Shown here: piece after piece, positions 40,227 through 51,371 of the stretch
How the letters are laid out: each line of letters opens with the position of its first letter
How positions within the stretch are numbered: position 1 is the first letter of the stretch
The notes under the pieces: model-generated
What the model was told of the DNA's origin: nothing
Databases searched by the model: none
The model's input: the letters and a program-made list of their open reading frames with translations, nothing else
Made by a program: the position numbers and the translations under genes
NCBI GenBank assembly: GCA_963711835.1
Contig: CAVQFQ010000017.1
Coordinates: 1-64,000, forward strand
Length of the DNA: 64,000 bases
DNA from: an uncultured delta proteobacterium
GTDB lineage: Bacteria > Desulfobacterota > RBG-13-43-22
Direction of reading: 5' to 3'

Positions 40227-40637
40227 ATGCAGCCCTATCCCTTGAATTACCATCAATTTGTGGAAGGCCTCAAGGCCGGCCGGTTGCCGGGCCTCAAATG
40301 CCAGGACTGCGGGACCGTCTTCACCCCGCCCAATGGGGTCTGTGTGAACTGCAGCGGCCGGAGCTTTGTCTCAGCCGACCTGATTCCCAGGGGCACGATT
40401 CGGACCTTTACCGTCATCCGCGTCAGCCCTGAAGGTTTTACCCCCCCCTATATTGTGGCTATGGTCGAACTGGAAGACGGCCCTTTCGTGCTGGGCAATC
40501 TGGAGGGCCTCAATCCCGATTTGGCCGGCCTGGACCTCATCGGCCGCCCGGTTACGGTGGGGCAGCGGATCTTTCCCAAGCCGGAAGACCAGTCAGGGGC
40601 GGACGGTGCCGCCTTAACCTTCTCTTTGTCCGATTAG
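40227..40637 (+). CDS. DUF35 Zn-ribbon/OB-fold thiolase partner
   Basis: CQDC...[16 protein letters not shown]. Confidence 0.85.
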   Translation: MQPYPLNYHQFVEGLKAGRLPGLKCQDCGTVFTPPNGVCVNCSGRSFVSADLIPRGTIRTFTVIRVSPEGFTPPYIVAMVELEDGPFVLGNLEGLNPDLAGLDLIGRPVTVGQRIFPKPEDQSGADGAALTFSLSD

Positions 40638-40656
40638 ACCTCAAGAAAGGGGTACG

Positions 40657-41811
40657 ATGAACTTTGACCTGACCGATGAACAGACCATGATCCGGGATAT
40701 GGCCCGGGATTTTGCCAATGAAGTCATCCGGCCCCGGGCCGAAGAGATGGACGAGACGGGCGAGTATCCCTACGACATCCTCCAAAAGATGGCCGAGTTG
40801 GGTATGATGGGCATCCCTTTCCCGGAGGTCTACGGCGGATCGGGCGGTGATTGGCTAGGCTACCATCTCTGCCTCGAGGAAATTTCCCGGGGCGATGCTA
40901 CGGTGGGGGCTTGTCTCGAGGTGACTACGGCTGTGGTGGGCGAGGAGCTCTTTCGATTCGGCACCGAGGAGCAGAAGCGGCAATGGTTGATCCCGGTCGC
41001 CCAGGGCCGGATCATCGGGGCCTTCGCCTTGACCGAGCCGGACTCCGGTTCGGATGCCGGGGCCCTGCGCACCTCGGCCGTCAAGGACGGCAACGACTGG
41101 GTCCTCAATGGCAGAAAACAGTTCATCACCAACATCGGCTTGGAGAACTCGACCTTCGCCCTGGTGGCCGCCCAAAGCGGCAAGAGCGGGGGCGGCCGGA
41201 ATGTGATTTCCACTTTTATTGTCCCCAAGGACCAGACCGGGTTTAACCTGGGCAAGCGGTATAAGAAAATGGGCTGGCAGGCCTCGGCCACTCACGAGAT
41301 CATCTTTGAGGACTGCCGCATACCGGCCGACAGTCTGCTGGGTGATCCCAACAAAGGCTTTGCCCAGCACCTGGCGGCATTGCAGACCGGCCGTATCGCC
41401 ATCGCTGCCGTGGCTGTAGGCCTGGCCCAGGCCTGTCTGGACGAGGCCCTGGCCTATGCCAAGGAGCGTCAACAGTTCGGCCGGCCCATCTTCGAGTTCC
41501 AGGCCATCCAGCATAAGCTGGCCGACATGGCCGTAGCCATCGAATTGGGCCGCAACCAGTACCTGAAAGCCGCCTGGCTCAAGGACAACGACCGGCCGCA
41601 CACCTTTGAGGCTACGGCAGCCAAGCTCTTCGCCTCGGAAATGGCTGAAAAAGTGGCCAGCGACGCCCTGCAGATCCATGGCGGGTACGGCTACATGCGG
41701 GAATATCCGGTTTCCCGCTACTACCAGGGCGCCAAGCTGCTCCAGATCGTCGAGGGCACCTCGGAGGTCCAGCGGATGATCCTGGGGCGTCTGCTGGCGG
41801 CCAAACCTTGA
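40657..41811 (+). CDS. Acyl-CoA dehydrogenase
   Basis: [41 protein letters not shown]. Confidence 0.93.
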   Translation: MNFDLTDEQTMIRDMARDFANEVIRPRAEEMDETGEYPYDILQKMAELGMMGIPFPEVYGGSGGDWLGYHLCLEEISRGDATVGACLEVTTAVVGEELFRFGTEEQKRQWLIPVAQGRIIGAFALTEPDSGSDAGALRTSAVKDGNDWVLNGRKQFITNIGLENSTFALVAAQSGKSGGGRNVISTFIVPKDQTGFNLGKRYKKMGWQASATHEIIFEDCRIPADSLLGDPNKGFAQHLAALQTGRIAIAAVAVGLAQACLDEALAYAKERQQFGRPIFEFQAIQHKLADMAVAIELGRNQYLKAAWLKDNDRPHTFEATAAKLFASEMAEKVASDALQIHGGYGYMREYPVSRYYQGAKLLQIVEGTSEVQRMILGRLLAAKP

Positions 41812-41825
41812 CAGGGATGATCCTT

Positions 41826-41952
41826 TAAATTCGAAGCAGGGAATTCGAAATTCGAAACAAGTCTCAATAACCAAAATCTAAATGATTTAAACCTTTAATT
41901 TTTTAGACATTGAGACAATTGAGTTTTGAATTTGTTTCGGATTTCGAATTTT
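41826..41952. repeat. Heptamer-periodic inverted repeat element (second copy), between convergent genes
   Basis: AAATTCGAA..AATTCGAAATTCGAAACAA ... TTGTTTCGGATTTCGAATTT. Confidence 0.65.
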
Positions 41953-41991
41953 ATAAATCTATCCCTTAAAATAAATCAGCTTCATATGCTT

Positions 41992-43257
41992 TTAGATCAC
42001 ACCCTCCCGGCGCAGGGCCTCAATCTCATCGCTGTTAAGACCGCAGAGGGCCTTAAGGATTTCCTCGGTGTGCTCTCCTAAGTCCGGGGCGGCCGACCGG
42101 GTTCCGGCAGTGGCCTGACTGAAATGAACGGGGTAACCGGGAATCATTTTTTTCCCCAAGGTGGGGTGGATAAATTCCACCAGGTAGCCGTTTTCGAGGA
42201 CTTGGGGATCGCAGCCCAGGTCTTCCATGGTGTTGACGGCACAGCAAAAAAAATCGTATTCGGCAAAGACCTTCAGCCATTCTTCCCTGGCCCGGGTGGC
42301 GAAGATCCGGTCAAAGAGGTCCACCAGTGTTTCGGCATGGGCCAGCCGGTCTTCGTCGCTTTGAAATCGCGGATCCTGTTCCAGATCCGGATGGCCCAAA
42401 GCCCGGCATAACGGGGCCCAAAAGCGGTCCGTTGGAGTAAGGGTCATCATGAGCCAGCGGCCATCCCGGCACTGGTAGTAGTTCCTCAGCGGATGTTCCC
42501 GCCGGCGATCATGGCGGGGGACAGCCACCCCCCCCAGGTGAGTGATGAGGGCATTGAAGTAATTCAGGAAGATGGCCGAACCAAGAATAGAGACCTCCAC
42601 TTCCTGCCCGACACCGGTCCTCTCTTTCATCACCAGGGCGGTCAGGATCTGGTGACTGACCATGATGGCGGTCACCTGGTCGACCAGCCCGAACTGGGAT
42701 ACCACCGGAGGCATCCAGGGCTCTCCCATAGCGTACATCAATCCGGACCTGGCCTGGCCCTGGTAGTCAAAGCCTCCTCGATCCTTATCGGGACCCTGCG
42801 GCCCATAGGCCGAAACCGAGGCATAAATTAATCGGGGATTAAAGGGAACCAAGTCCGGGTAGGTGATCTTCAGGGCTTCGACGGCCAGGGGCCGCATGTT
42901 GGTCAGAAATACATCCGACTGTCCAACCAGTTGAAAGAGGATTTCACGGCCTCTTTCCGTCTTAAGATCAAGGGTAATACTCTTTTTATTCCGGTTGGCC
43001 CCTTCACAGAAAAGGTTTCGGTTCCCGGGGATTTCAAAGGGAATACTGCCGATCCGGGTCAACTGCCTGACCGGATCTCCAAGCCCCGGTTGTTCGACCT
43101 TGATGATCTCGGCCCCCAGATCGCCCAGAATAGCCGACCCCCCCGGTCCGGCATGATACAGGGCGCATTCCAAAATCCGGATCCCTTCTAATGGCCTGCT
43201 AACCGTTTTCCCCTCATCTCCTTCAGACGAGGGGGAAAGAGGTTCTTCGCTTTTCAT
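41992..43257 (-). CDS. CoA-transferase family III (CaiB/BaiF)
   Basis: LGDLGAEIIKVE, NRNKKSITLDLK, GFDYQGQA, APDLGEHT. Confidence 0.92.
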   Translation of the reverse strand: MKSEEPLSPSSEGDEGKTVSRPLEGIRILECALYHAGPGGSAILGDLGAEIIKVEQPGLGDPVRQLTRIGSIPFEIPGNRNLFCEGANRNKKSITLDLKTERGREILFQLVGQSDVFLTNMRPLAVEALKITYPDLVPFNPRLIYASVSAYGPQGPDKDRGGFDYQGQARSGLMYAMGEPWMPPVVSQFGLVDQVTAIMVSHQILTALVMKERTGVGQEVEVSILGSAIFLNYFNALITHLGGVAVPRHDRRREHPLRNYYQCRDGRWLMMTLTPTDRFWAPLCRALGHPDLEQDPRFQSDEDRLAHAETLVDLFDRIFATRAREEWLKVFAEYDFFCCAVNTMEDLGCDPQVLENGYLVEFIHPTLGKKMIPGYPVHFSQATAGTRSAAPDLGEHTEEILKALCGLNSDEIEALRREGVI

Positions 43258-43353
43258 GTTCTGAACCCTTTCTTATCTATTGACACTGACGGTTCTTTTA
43301 ACATACCCTCTTTTCAAAGAAAATGTTTATCCTCTTTTAAAATAAAATCCGTT

Positions 43354-43683
43354 ATGCCCATTTACGAATACCAGGCCCTGAAGGCAACCGCTTCCTGCCC
43401 TAAATGCGCTGATCGTTTTGAATGGATTCAAGGAATTCACGACCAGCCCTTGCGGCTATGTCCGGATTGCGGCGCACAGGTCGGAAAAATAATCTCTGCC
43501 TGCCATGCCGCCGTGGCGGAATCGTCCCCGGAGCAGAATTTGGCGGAAAAAAAGATCAAAGAATATGAACAGTCCGGGCGGTGGAGCCACGCCGCCGAGT
43601 TGGCCGACAAACAGGCTGAAAAGACTAAAGACCCATCCCTCAGGAACCGGGCCCTCGAAAATTATAAAAAAGCCGGTTATTAG
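43354..43683 (+). CDS. FmdB-family zinc-ribbon protein
   Basis: MPIYEY...CPKC...CPDCG. Confidence 0.8.
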   Translation: MPIYEYQALKATASCPKCADRFEWIQGIHDQPLRLCPDCGAQVGKIISACHAAVAESSPEQNLAEKKIKEYEQSGRWSHAAELADKQAEKTKDPSLRNRALENYKKAGY

Positions 43684-43787
43684 TCAGCTAACCACCGGCT
43701 CATCCGCTGATTTGACGGGGGGGCCGGGAGTAAAAAGGAACTTATTCGTTTTTGGTGTTGAAGGAGTTTTTCCCTTTAAGTCGGACC

Positions 43788-44049
43788 TTATTAACCGTCT
43801 CATTGTAGTATTGACTCGGTGAGGCTACATTTTCTTCCGTCTGAGGCTTTCGGGCTGGTCTTTTCTTCGGACTTATCCACGGGGGATGCTTTTCCCCCTC
43901 CGCATTCTCGCCCGCTAAAAATCAGCGGACGAGCTGCGGCTTCCCCCGTTCATAAGTCCGGAAAAGACAGCGCCCTTTCGCCAATGACTCCAGAAAAAGC
44001 AGCCTCACCTGCCTGGGTCAAGGAATTACTATTATGAGACGGTTAATAA
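43788..44049. mobile_element. Fold-back MITE-like element
   Basis: TIRs TTATTAACCGTCTCATTGTAGTA / TACTATTATGAGACGGTTAATAA. Interior is a long imperfect hairpin. A partial second copy starts at 47765. Confidence 0.7.
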
Positions 44050-44112
44050 TTGCAGTATGGTTATTCGGTTTTTTTAATTTTCCGCTGGTTCCCTACCCAG
44101 GAGAAAACAACC

Positions 44113-45220
44113 ATGAATGAAGGCCAAAAAGGACTGGAACAGAAGGTCCTGTCCACCGGTTTGTGCGCGGCCTGCGGGGCTTGTTTGGCCTTGTGTCCTT
44201 ATCTTCGAACCCGGCAGGGCCGGGTCGTTAAACTGGATGATTGTGATTTAACCTCCGGCCGGTGCTATGCCTATTGCCCGCGGAGCCGTGTGGATTGGGA
44301 AGAGCTCCAAACACGGATCTTTGGAAAGGACTACCGGGAAATAGAAATAGGGACGAACCGTCAGGTCCTGATGGCCAAGGCTACGGACCCGGTCTGGAAG
44401 GAAAAGGTCCAGAACGGCGGTGTGATCTCGGCCCTGATCGATTTCGCCATCCGGGAAGGGATCATTCAATCGGCTGTACTGACTCAGACGGGATGCCGAC
44501 CTCCTGCCCCAAGGGCAGATCGTTTCCAAAAGGAGTCAGATCCTTTCCTGTTCCGGCTCAAGCTACGTTTCCGGCCCAACGCTCGAGGCCTTGAATCAAG
44601 GACCCTGGGAAGGGGAGGAACGGATCGGGGTGGTCGGCCTTCCCTGCCAAGTCCTGGCCCTGGCCAAAATGAAGCTTTCCACCCTGGAAACCAAAACCCC
44701 TATTGAACGGCTGGATCTGGTCATCGGGCTCTTCTGCACCTGGGCCTTGGATTTTAAGCCTTTGAAACAGTTCCTGGCCGGTCGGTTCGGGAAAAATCCG
44801 ATTCAGAAGCTGGACATCACCCCTCCCCCTGAGAGGCTCTTAAAGGTCTGGGTTGGGGGCAGCGTTGAGGCAATTTCCCTGGATGAGATCAGGGCCTTTA
44901 TCCGCCCGGCCTGCCTGGTCTGTCCGGATATGACTTCGGAGTTTGCCGACCTTTCCGTGGGGACGGTGGAGGGAAGGGCCGATTGGAACACGCTGATTAT
45001 CCGGACCGAGCGGGGAGAAGAACTGATTAAAAAAGCCGGGAAAGCGGGAATTATCGAGAGCCAACCCCTTCCCGCTGGCCACCTCGAACATCTCAAGGAG
45101 GCCTCCCTACTTAAAAAACAGCGGGCCCTGACGGCCCTTAAAGCCAAAGAGGGCCAGGTTGAAAATTATTTAATCCTGCCCGACGGGTTGAGCGAAAAGA
45201 TATTGGAGGGCAAAGGATGA
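44113..45220 (+). CDS. FrhB/FdhB-family Fe-S flavoprotein (frameshift near 44490)
   Basis: CAACGACLALCP, QNGGVISAL, VGLPCQ, IGLFC, CLVCPD..SEFADLSVG. Confidence 0.85.
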
Positions 45221-47126
45221 ACCCCCTTCTCAATCAAAAGGGAAAATGCGAGCTTCTTATGGGGAACGAGGCCATAGCCCGGGGGGCCCTGGAAGCCGGG
45301 GTTCAGGTCTGTGCCGCCTATCCGGGGAATCCCTCTTCTGAAATCATCGGGACCTTGGCCAATGTGGCCGTCGAAATGGGGATCCATGTCGAATGGTCGG
45401 TGAATGAAAAGGTGGCCTTGGAAGTGGCCGCCGCCGCCTCTTTCGCGGGGTTAAGGGGCCTGAGCGCCATGAAGCAGAACGGGATCAATGTGGCCTGCGA
45501 TTTTTTACTGAACCTGAATTTGACCGGCTGCGGCGGGGGGCTGGTGGTGGTGGTAGCCGATGACCCCGGGGCCTTGTCTTCCACCAACGAAGAGGATTCC
45601 CGGCTTTTTGCCAAACTGGCCGGCCTGCCCCTCCTGGAGCCGGCTACCTTTCAAGAGGCCAAGGACATGACCTGCTTCGCCTTTGATTTGTCGGAAGAGC
45701 TGGGGCTGCCGGTCCTGATCCGCACTGTGACCCGCATCTCCCATGCCCGAGGCAATGTCCTGTTGGGCGACTTCCATCAAAGAAAAACGAAAACCCTATT
45801 TTGATACCCAGGCCCCCCGAATCACCTTTCCGGTGGTCGATAACCACAAGAGGATCTATGAAAAATTGGGCCGGGCGGCCGGCCGGTTTGAGACCTCTCC
45901 TTTTAACCATTACCGGGGCCCGGAAAAACCGGAACTCCTGATCATCGCCAGCGGCAGCGGCTGGCTCTATTCCCTGGAAGCCGTGGTCAATTTAGGGCAG
46001 GAAAATCGGGTGGGGCTGCTAAAACTGGCTACCACCTGGCCGCTACCGGCCGACTGGGTCCTTCAGCACCTGCAAAAGGCCGAGGACATCCTTTTTGTGG
46101 AAGAAGTGGACCCTTTTCTGGAAAATAACATCAAGGAATTATTTGCCCAGCATTGTCATAGCCTGGGGTTAAAGCGCTTCCTGGGCAAGGCCGACCAGAC
46201 CCTGCCGGAAACCGGGGAACTGAACCCGGATATTGTGACCAAAACGATTCAAGCCCTGCTTCATGTTTCTTATGAGCCCCGGCCGCCGGCCTATGCCGAC
46301 CGGGCTAAAGAGGCCGTCGAAGAGCTGGTTCCCGGAAGGGACCTGGGCTTCTGTGCCGGTTGTCCCCACCGGGCCACCTACTGGGCCGTAAAAAATGCCC
46401 TGGCCCTGGACGGCCGGAACGGCATCCTCCTGGGGGACATCGGTTGTTATTCTTTGGGGATGAGCGCTACGGGTTTTCATCAGATGAAGACCCTCCATGC
46501 CATGGGTTCGGGAACCGGACTGGCCTGCGGGATGGGCCAGCTCGGGCGATTCGGCCTGGACCAGCCGGTGCTGACGGTTTGCGGGGATTCCACTTTTTAT
46601 CATGCCGTCATGCCGGCCCTGGCCAATGCCCGCTACAATGGTGCGAACTTCATCCTTCTCCTGTTGGACAACAGCGGTACGGCCATGACCGGTTTTCAAC
46701 CCCATCCCGGTACCGGCAAAAGGGCCACAGGCCAGGAAGCCCCTATCCTGGATCTGAAGACTATCTGTGAGGCCCTCGGTGCCCGGGTGGAGGAGGCCGA
46801 TCCCTTTCAACTGCACGAAACCACCGAAGACCCTTTTGAGACTCCTTGAAGAAGACAGCGGGCCAAGGGTATTGATCCTTAAGCGGGAATGCGCCTTGAT
46901 TCGGGGTAAGCGGCAAAAGAAGCTCTTCCAGATGAAGGTGGACCAGACGCGTTGCCTTGGGGACCGCTGCGGCTGCAACCGGTTATGCACTCGAGTCTAT
47001 CAGTGCCCGGGATTGGTCTGGGAACCTTCCTCCGGAAAGGCCCAGATCGACGAGGCCATCTGCACCGGCTGCGGGGTCTGTGCCGAAATCTGTCCGGCCT
47101 CGGCCATTGAAAAGGAGGCGGTCTAA
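45217..47126 (+). CDS. iorA: Indolepyruvate:ferredoxin oxidoreductase alpha (two frameshifts)
   Basis: LMGNEAIARGA, NEKVALE, FCAGCPHR, GDIGCY, GDSTFYH, C-terminal CTGCGVC. Confidence 0.88.
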
Positions 47127-47744
47127 ATGATTCTCCCGGTCGATCCCTTCAATATCATTATCGGCGGGGTAGGGGGCCAGGGTAATGTCCTGGCCTCCAT
47201 GATCCTGGGACGGATGCTGGTCTCCCAGGGAGGAATTGTTACCATTGGAGAAACCTACGGGGCTTCTCAACGGGGCGGCTCGGTGATGAGCCACCTGCGG
47301 GTCTCGACCAAGGACCAGTTCTCGCCCATCATCCCGGAGGGGAAATGCCACCTCTTGGTGGCCTTGGAACCGATTGAAGGTCTCAGGATGCTGGCCCCCT
47401 ATGGGAATCCCGGGGTGATGACCGTAGTCAATACCCGTCCTATCCAGCCGCTGTCTGTTCTTTCCGGGAATGCCGTCTATCCGGACCTTTCCATAATCCT
47501 GGCCAAGATAGGCGAGCTGAGCCAGCGGGTCTGGACCCTTAACGCTACCGAGATAGCCCTTAGGATGGGGGATCCCATATTCGCCAACATGATCATGCTG
47601 GGGGCCTTGTCGGCCCTTGAGGTCCTGCCCCTGGACCGGCTTATTTTTGAAAAGACCATTGCCGACCTCTTCCCCGCCGAACGGTTGCCCGTCAATATGG
47701 AAGCCTTTGACCAGGGCAAGGAAGCGGTCCGGGAGATGGTTTGA
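47127..47744 (+). CDS. iorB: Indolepyruvate:ferredoxin oxidoreductase beta
   Basis: GVGGQG, ETYGASQRGGSV, NMIMLGA. Confidence 0.9.
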   Translation: MILPVDPFNIIIGGVGGQGNVLASMILGRMLVSQGGIVTIGETYGASQRGGSVMSHLRVSTKDQFSPIIPEGKCHLLVALEPIEGLRMLAPYGNPGVMTVVNTRPIQPLSVLSGNAVYPDLSIILAKIGELSQRVWTLNATEIALRMGDPIFANMIMLGALSALEVLPLDRLIFEKTIADLFPAERLPVNMEAFDQGKEAVREMV

Positions 47745-47764
47745 TCAGATAAGGATGTGGGCAC

Positions 47765-47857
47765 TTATTAACCGTCTCAAAATAATGATGACATTACCCA
47801 GGCAGGTGGGGCTGATTTTTCTGGTGATACGGCATTGGGTCCGACCCAATGCCGTAT
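47765..47857. mobile_element. Partial inverted copy of the 43788-44049 element plus a perfect 14-bp hairpin
   Basis: TTATTAACCGTCTCA...ACCCAGGCAGGTGGGGCTG..TTTTCTGG matches the reverse complement of 43990-44049; ATACGGCATTGGGT-CCG-ACCCAATGCCGTAT follows. Confidence 0.65.
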
Positions 47858-48048
47858 AGCTAAGGAACGAGAGGAGCTCTTTGCCGTTATAACGTCCCGT
47901 CCGCCTACAAAGGCCCTTTTCAGAAAATCTCAAGAAATTCAATCGTTGTTTGGCTCTACCCTATTCTGGCAGTATTCCGGTACCTTTCTTATGTGTGAAA
48001 ATCCTTAGACACACAATATTTTATATAATTTTCAACGACATGCCTTCC

Positions 48049-48081
48049 TGAATTGTGTTTGAATTGTGTTTGAATTGTGTT
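48049..48081. repeat. Tandem repeat 3 x TGAATTGTGTT
   Basis: Read directly from the sequence. Confidence 0.85.
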
Positions 48082-48122
48082 AAATTCCAATTAAACCCAA
48101 TCAGTTCACTACGGCATGCCAC

Positions 48123-49724
48123 CTAAATCGCAAACCATCTGCCAGCCCTGGTTCGACCTTCCACTTTTATCTTCTCCTCTGCCTTTAATTCCTTTAATAG
48201 ACTATGAATCTGGTACCGGGAAAGAGATGGCAACACCTGGCTTAGTTCCTCGAATTTGCATCCCCCCAATCCGCACTCCTGAAGGTGCTTATGGAGAAGG
48301 GCCTTATTGGTCTCTTTGTCCAATCCCCTTTTGCGCGTATACGTTCCTCTCTTTCCTAAAAAAATGTGAAATTGTCTGGATAACACATACTTACCTCGAG
48401 CCGACCGTTCCAGGATCCCATTTTCCAAAAGAATTGGAATCCTGGACTTGTAATAATCAGGCAAAGGATATCCCCAGAACACATGATTTAAAATTATAAA
48501 ATCATGTGTTGTAAAAGAGGTGAGGCGTTGTTGGCCAATTTTTTCTAGAAATCGTAAAAAGCGGGGATCCTGAACTTGACCGTGAAGCGTCAAAGAAACC
48601 TGATATTCATCGGTGCCCTGGAAATCTGGAAGCGGCTTCCCCTCCCGAATGCAAGCCTCAAAAATTCGGTTTACCCCTTGTCCGGCACGCTCAACCAATC
48701 CGCATTTGGAAAAGGCGTCAGCTAAACGACGGTTTCGTGGAAACTGCCGATCAAGTATATTTTCAGGAGTAATCCCCGGTGGGAAACCGCCAGGACTGAT
48801 AATTTCTATACGCCGGGGGAACTGTCGAACAGTGACTGATCCCGCATGGCGATAGTCCCGATGGCTGACAGCGTTCAGGATGGCTTCACGAATGGCACCC
48901 TCATTAAATGTGAATATATCGAGCATAAACAATCCGTCCTGGAAATGCTGCTTTTCATTCCTTACACCAATATTTCCCCAAAGTGCATCATAGTAGGAAA
49001 AGAAGCCCTGGCGATATTCCTCCCGCTGCTGAGCCGGACCGGAAGCCTCGGTGGAACGGTATTCAAAAATGACCTCGGCCTGAGCCAAATATTTCCCCAA
49101 AGACTTCCGGATCCCGAAAAGGATCAGGGCGGCATAGGTCACTTGACCATCAATTGTGAGTTCTGCATCTTCAAGCAGCTTTTCAGTGGAAAGTCTTTCA
49201 AGGGCCTGATTGCCTGACCTTTTTATCCATCTCCTTCGACATTCTTCAACTGCTGTGGATTGAGATCATTTATTGCAGCTTTGTGCATCCTCCGAGAGCA
49301 ACGGCGCCTCATCAAAAATAGGTTTCAGCGTATCCGGCGTCATAGGGGCAAGATCTTCACCGCTTCGCATCCAGTAGGCACCTTCAATTTGAATAGGCAT
49401 ACCGATTGGGCGGGATGGAACATGGAAAACAACAACCCGGCCGTCCGGGTGATTGATTTCTTCTCCTTCAATCCGCAACCTCAACCTTTCAATTAATCCG
49501 GCTTTTGTCCTTTCCAAGGGTTTGAATGTTTGGCAACCGACAATCTGCCGAGGTATCTTATCAGTTACTCCAAGGACCATTCTTCCTCCACCTTCGTTGG
49601 CAAGGGCCGCACAATACTTTACTAATCTATCAAAGTGGAAGTTTTGCTTTGCCTCTTTGAACTCAAGGTGTTCATCCTCTTTAGAAGCCATCCACTTCTG
49701 TAACTGACTGAGAGAATTGTCCAT
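48123..49724 (-). CDS. AlbA_2 (Schlafen-like) + HATPase_c_4 + wHTH protein (frameshifted)
   Basis: EDEHLEFKEA, AALANEGGG; REAILNAVSHRDY, SPGGFP, RNRRLAD, ERAGQG. Confidence 0.82.
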
Positions 49725-49781
49725 TAAGACGCCTCGATATGGAAATTAATCAATTATTTTATAATGTTTTTCTTCTATATT

Positions 49782-50249
49782 TCAATCAGTTTGGTGCTCG
49801 CCAAAGGATATCTCACCTTCTTGGGCTTCGACCGGTTCCCCGGCCAGGCTGTCCAGCCATTTTACCCCCTCGTAAAATACTTCATCATAACGGGGTGGTC
49901 TGGAGGATATGGTTTGCTCCTTTTTTAATTTCTTTTCCACAAGCTTAGCCTGTATTCGATCTTTAAGGGCTTTCATGTCAGCCTTCCTTTTTTTCTGCGA
50001 TGAGGCTTGATAGAGTTCTACAATATCAGAGACTTTGCTTGAAGGAACTTCCTCGGCCTCTTCCTCTACGATTTCTGTTTTGAAAGACAGGGTTTCACCT
50101 GGCGCTGCTTCCAACATTGGCCGGGTCTGATTGTCATGGTGAAGCAGGCTGGTGGTATCATCTCCAAATTCATGAACCAACTTTTTAGGGTGATGATCAT
50201 AATTAAATACCTTAATTTCTCCGGATGATTTGGTTGCTGGTTCCATTTC
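49782..50249 (-). CDS. Hypothetical protein
   Basis: Open frame directly downstream of the MNT gene; no recognised motif. Confidence 0.45.
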   Translation of the reverse strand, partial: EMEPATKSSGEIKVFNYDHHPKKLVHEFGDDTTSLLHHDNQTRPMLEAAPGETLSFKTEIVEEEAEEVPSSKVSDIVELYQASSQKKRKADMKALKDRIQAKLVEKKLKKEQTISSRPPRYDEVFYEGVKWLDSLAGEPVEAQEGEISFGEHQTD

Positions 50250-50253
50250 GAAT

Positions 50254-50589
50254 TCAGGGCTCCGGGAAAAAATCAACCCGCTTCCCTTGCCGGCGGGCTA
50301 TTTCCACGATAGCGCTGGAATCATCCTCTTCCCACTGCTTTTCCCCACAGGGTATAGGTTCAATCCTGCTGTCTATTCTGGCCGCCAGACGCCAAAGCAG
50401 ATCCACATCCCGGCGATTTCTTGGGCCGTCAAATCGGGGGGAAATGACCATAAGGTCAATATCGCTCCACTTATCTGGGTTTCCTTTTACCCAGGAGCCG
50501 AAAATCACCCCGAACCGGATAGCCAACCCCTGTTCGTTCAGCTTTTTAAGATAATCGCCGACCGCATCTAAATACGATTTTTCAGCCAT
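50254..50589 (-). CDS. Minimal nucleotidyltransferase (MNT antitoxin)
   Basis: IFGSWVKG...SDIDL motif. Confidence 0.88.
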   Translation of the reverse strand: MAEKSYLDAVGDYLKKLNEQGLAIRFGVIFGSWVKGNPDKWSDIDLMVISPRFDGPRNRRDVDLLWRLAARIDSRIEPIPCGEKQWEEDDSSAIVEIARRQGKRVDFFPEP

Positions 50590-50949
50590 TCAAAAACCTC
50601 CTTGGCCCGGACCAGATATTGTTCCCCTTCTGAGGCGCTTGGAGGGGCTTGGAGCGTTTCCGGATAACGCCCCTCTACGTTGAAGGCATTCAATTCCGCC
50701 AAAATATCCATACTGATCTGAGGAAAGATTAAATCCTGCCAGTTCGGCTATCCGGATCAGATTGTGGATTCGGGGAGCCAAATCTTGGGTGGTCCGGCAA
50801 ACATGGGCTTTGAGTATTTTCTCAAGGGCCAAATGCCCCAAAAAGAGACCATGCCTCACCCGACCCTTTGAAAGCAGTTCTTGGGCAACCTCCCAATCTT
50901 CTTTGGCTCCTTCAACCCAATAGTGTATCTGCTTTCCTATATCTACCAT
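50590..50949 (-). CDS. HEPN domain protein (frameshift near 3' end)
   Basis: AKEDWEVA, HLALEKILKA, PRIHNL. Confidence 0.82.
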   Translation of the reverse strand: MVDIGKQIHYWVEGAKEDWEVAQELLSKGRVRHGLFLGHLALEKILKAHVCRTTQDLAPRIHNLIRIAELAGFNLSSDQYGYFGGIECLQRRGALSGNAPSPSKRLRRGTISGPGQGGF

Positions 50950-51052
50950 TTTTGACCCCCTTTTCTGCCTCGGCTATTACCCAGCTATCCATTTTGAATG
51001 GTGTACATAGAGGTGCCAATCTAATATGCGTTCCCAACACCTTGAGTCCTCC

Positions 51053-51219
51053 GATAGGCTTTGTTGGCCTGGGCCGCCCACGATCCATTCCGCCCTGGAC
51101 TTCCCCAAACACCGCCTTTTCCCCCCCTAAAAAACGCGATATAGGCCCCAACCAGAACCCCTTTTCAGACAATCTTAAAGGAATCCAATCAATTGGCCTG
51201 GCCCGATCCCAATTAACTA
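51053..51219. repeat. ~165-bp dispersed direct repeat, copy A
   Basis: Highly similar to 52200-52364 (GATAGGCTTTGTTGG...CCCAATTAACTA). Confidence 0.85.
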
Positions 51220-51270
51220 ATTCCCAAAAAAATGCTTGACAATCGCACACAAAAATATAAACTTCTGATT

Positions 51271-51366
51271 AAGACGGGTAAATCCTGGTGTGTGCTCGGG
51301 GTGCTTCCTTCCATCGGTTGGAAAAGAGCCCCGGGATAAGAGACATATCAGGGGCCGTCTTTTTTA
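51271..51366 (+). ncRNA. Structured small RNA convergent on the DUF3800 gene
   Basis: TTGACA(51236)-16 bp-TAAACT promoter. Nested stems AAGACGG/CCGTCTT, CCTGGTGTGT/ACATATCAGG (G-U pairs on +) and TTCCA/TGGAA. Terminal T-run. Confidence 0.65.
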
Positions 51367-51371
51367 TTGCT

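Noticed and set aside
48049-48081. Short repeats as a CRISPR array
   Set aside because: The units are contiguous 11-mers with no spacers and no cas genes; no CRISPR array was seen anywhere in the window.
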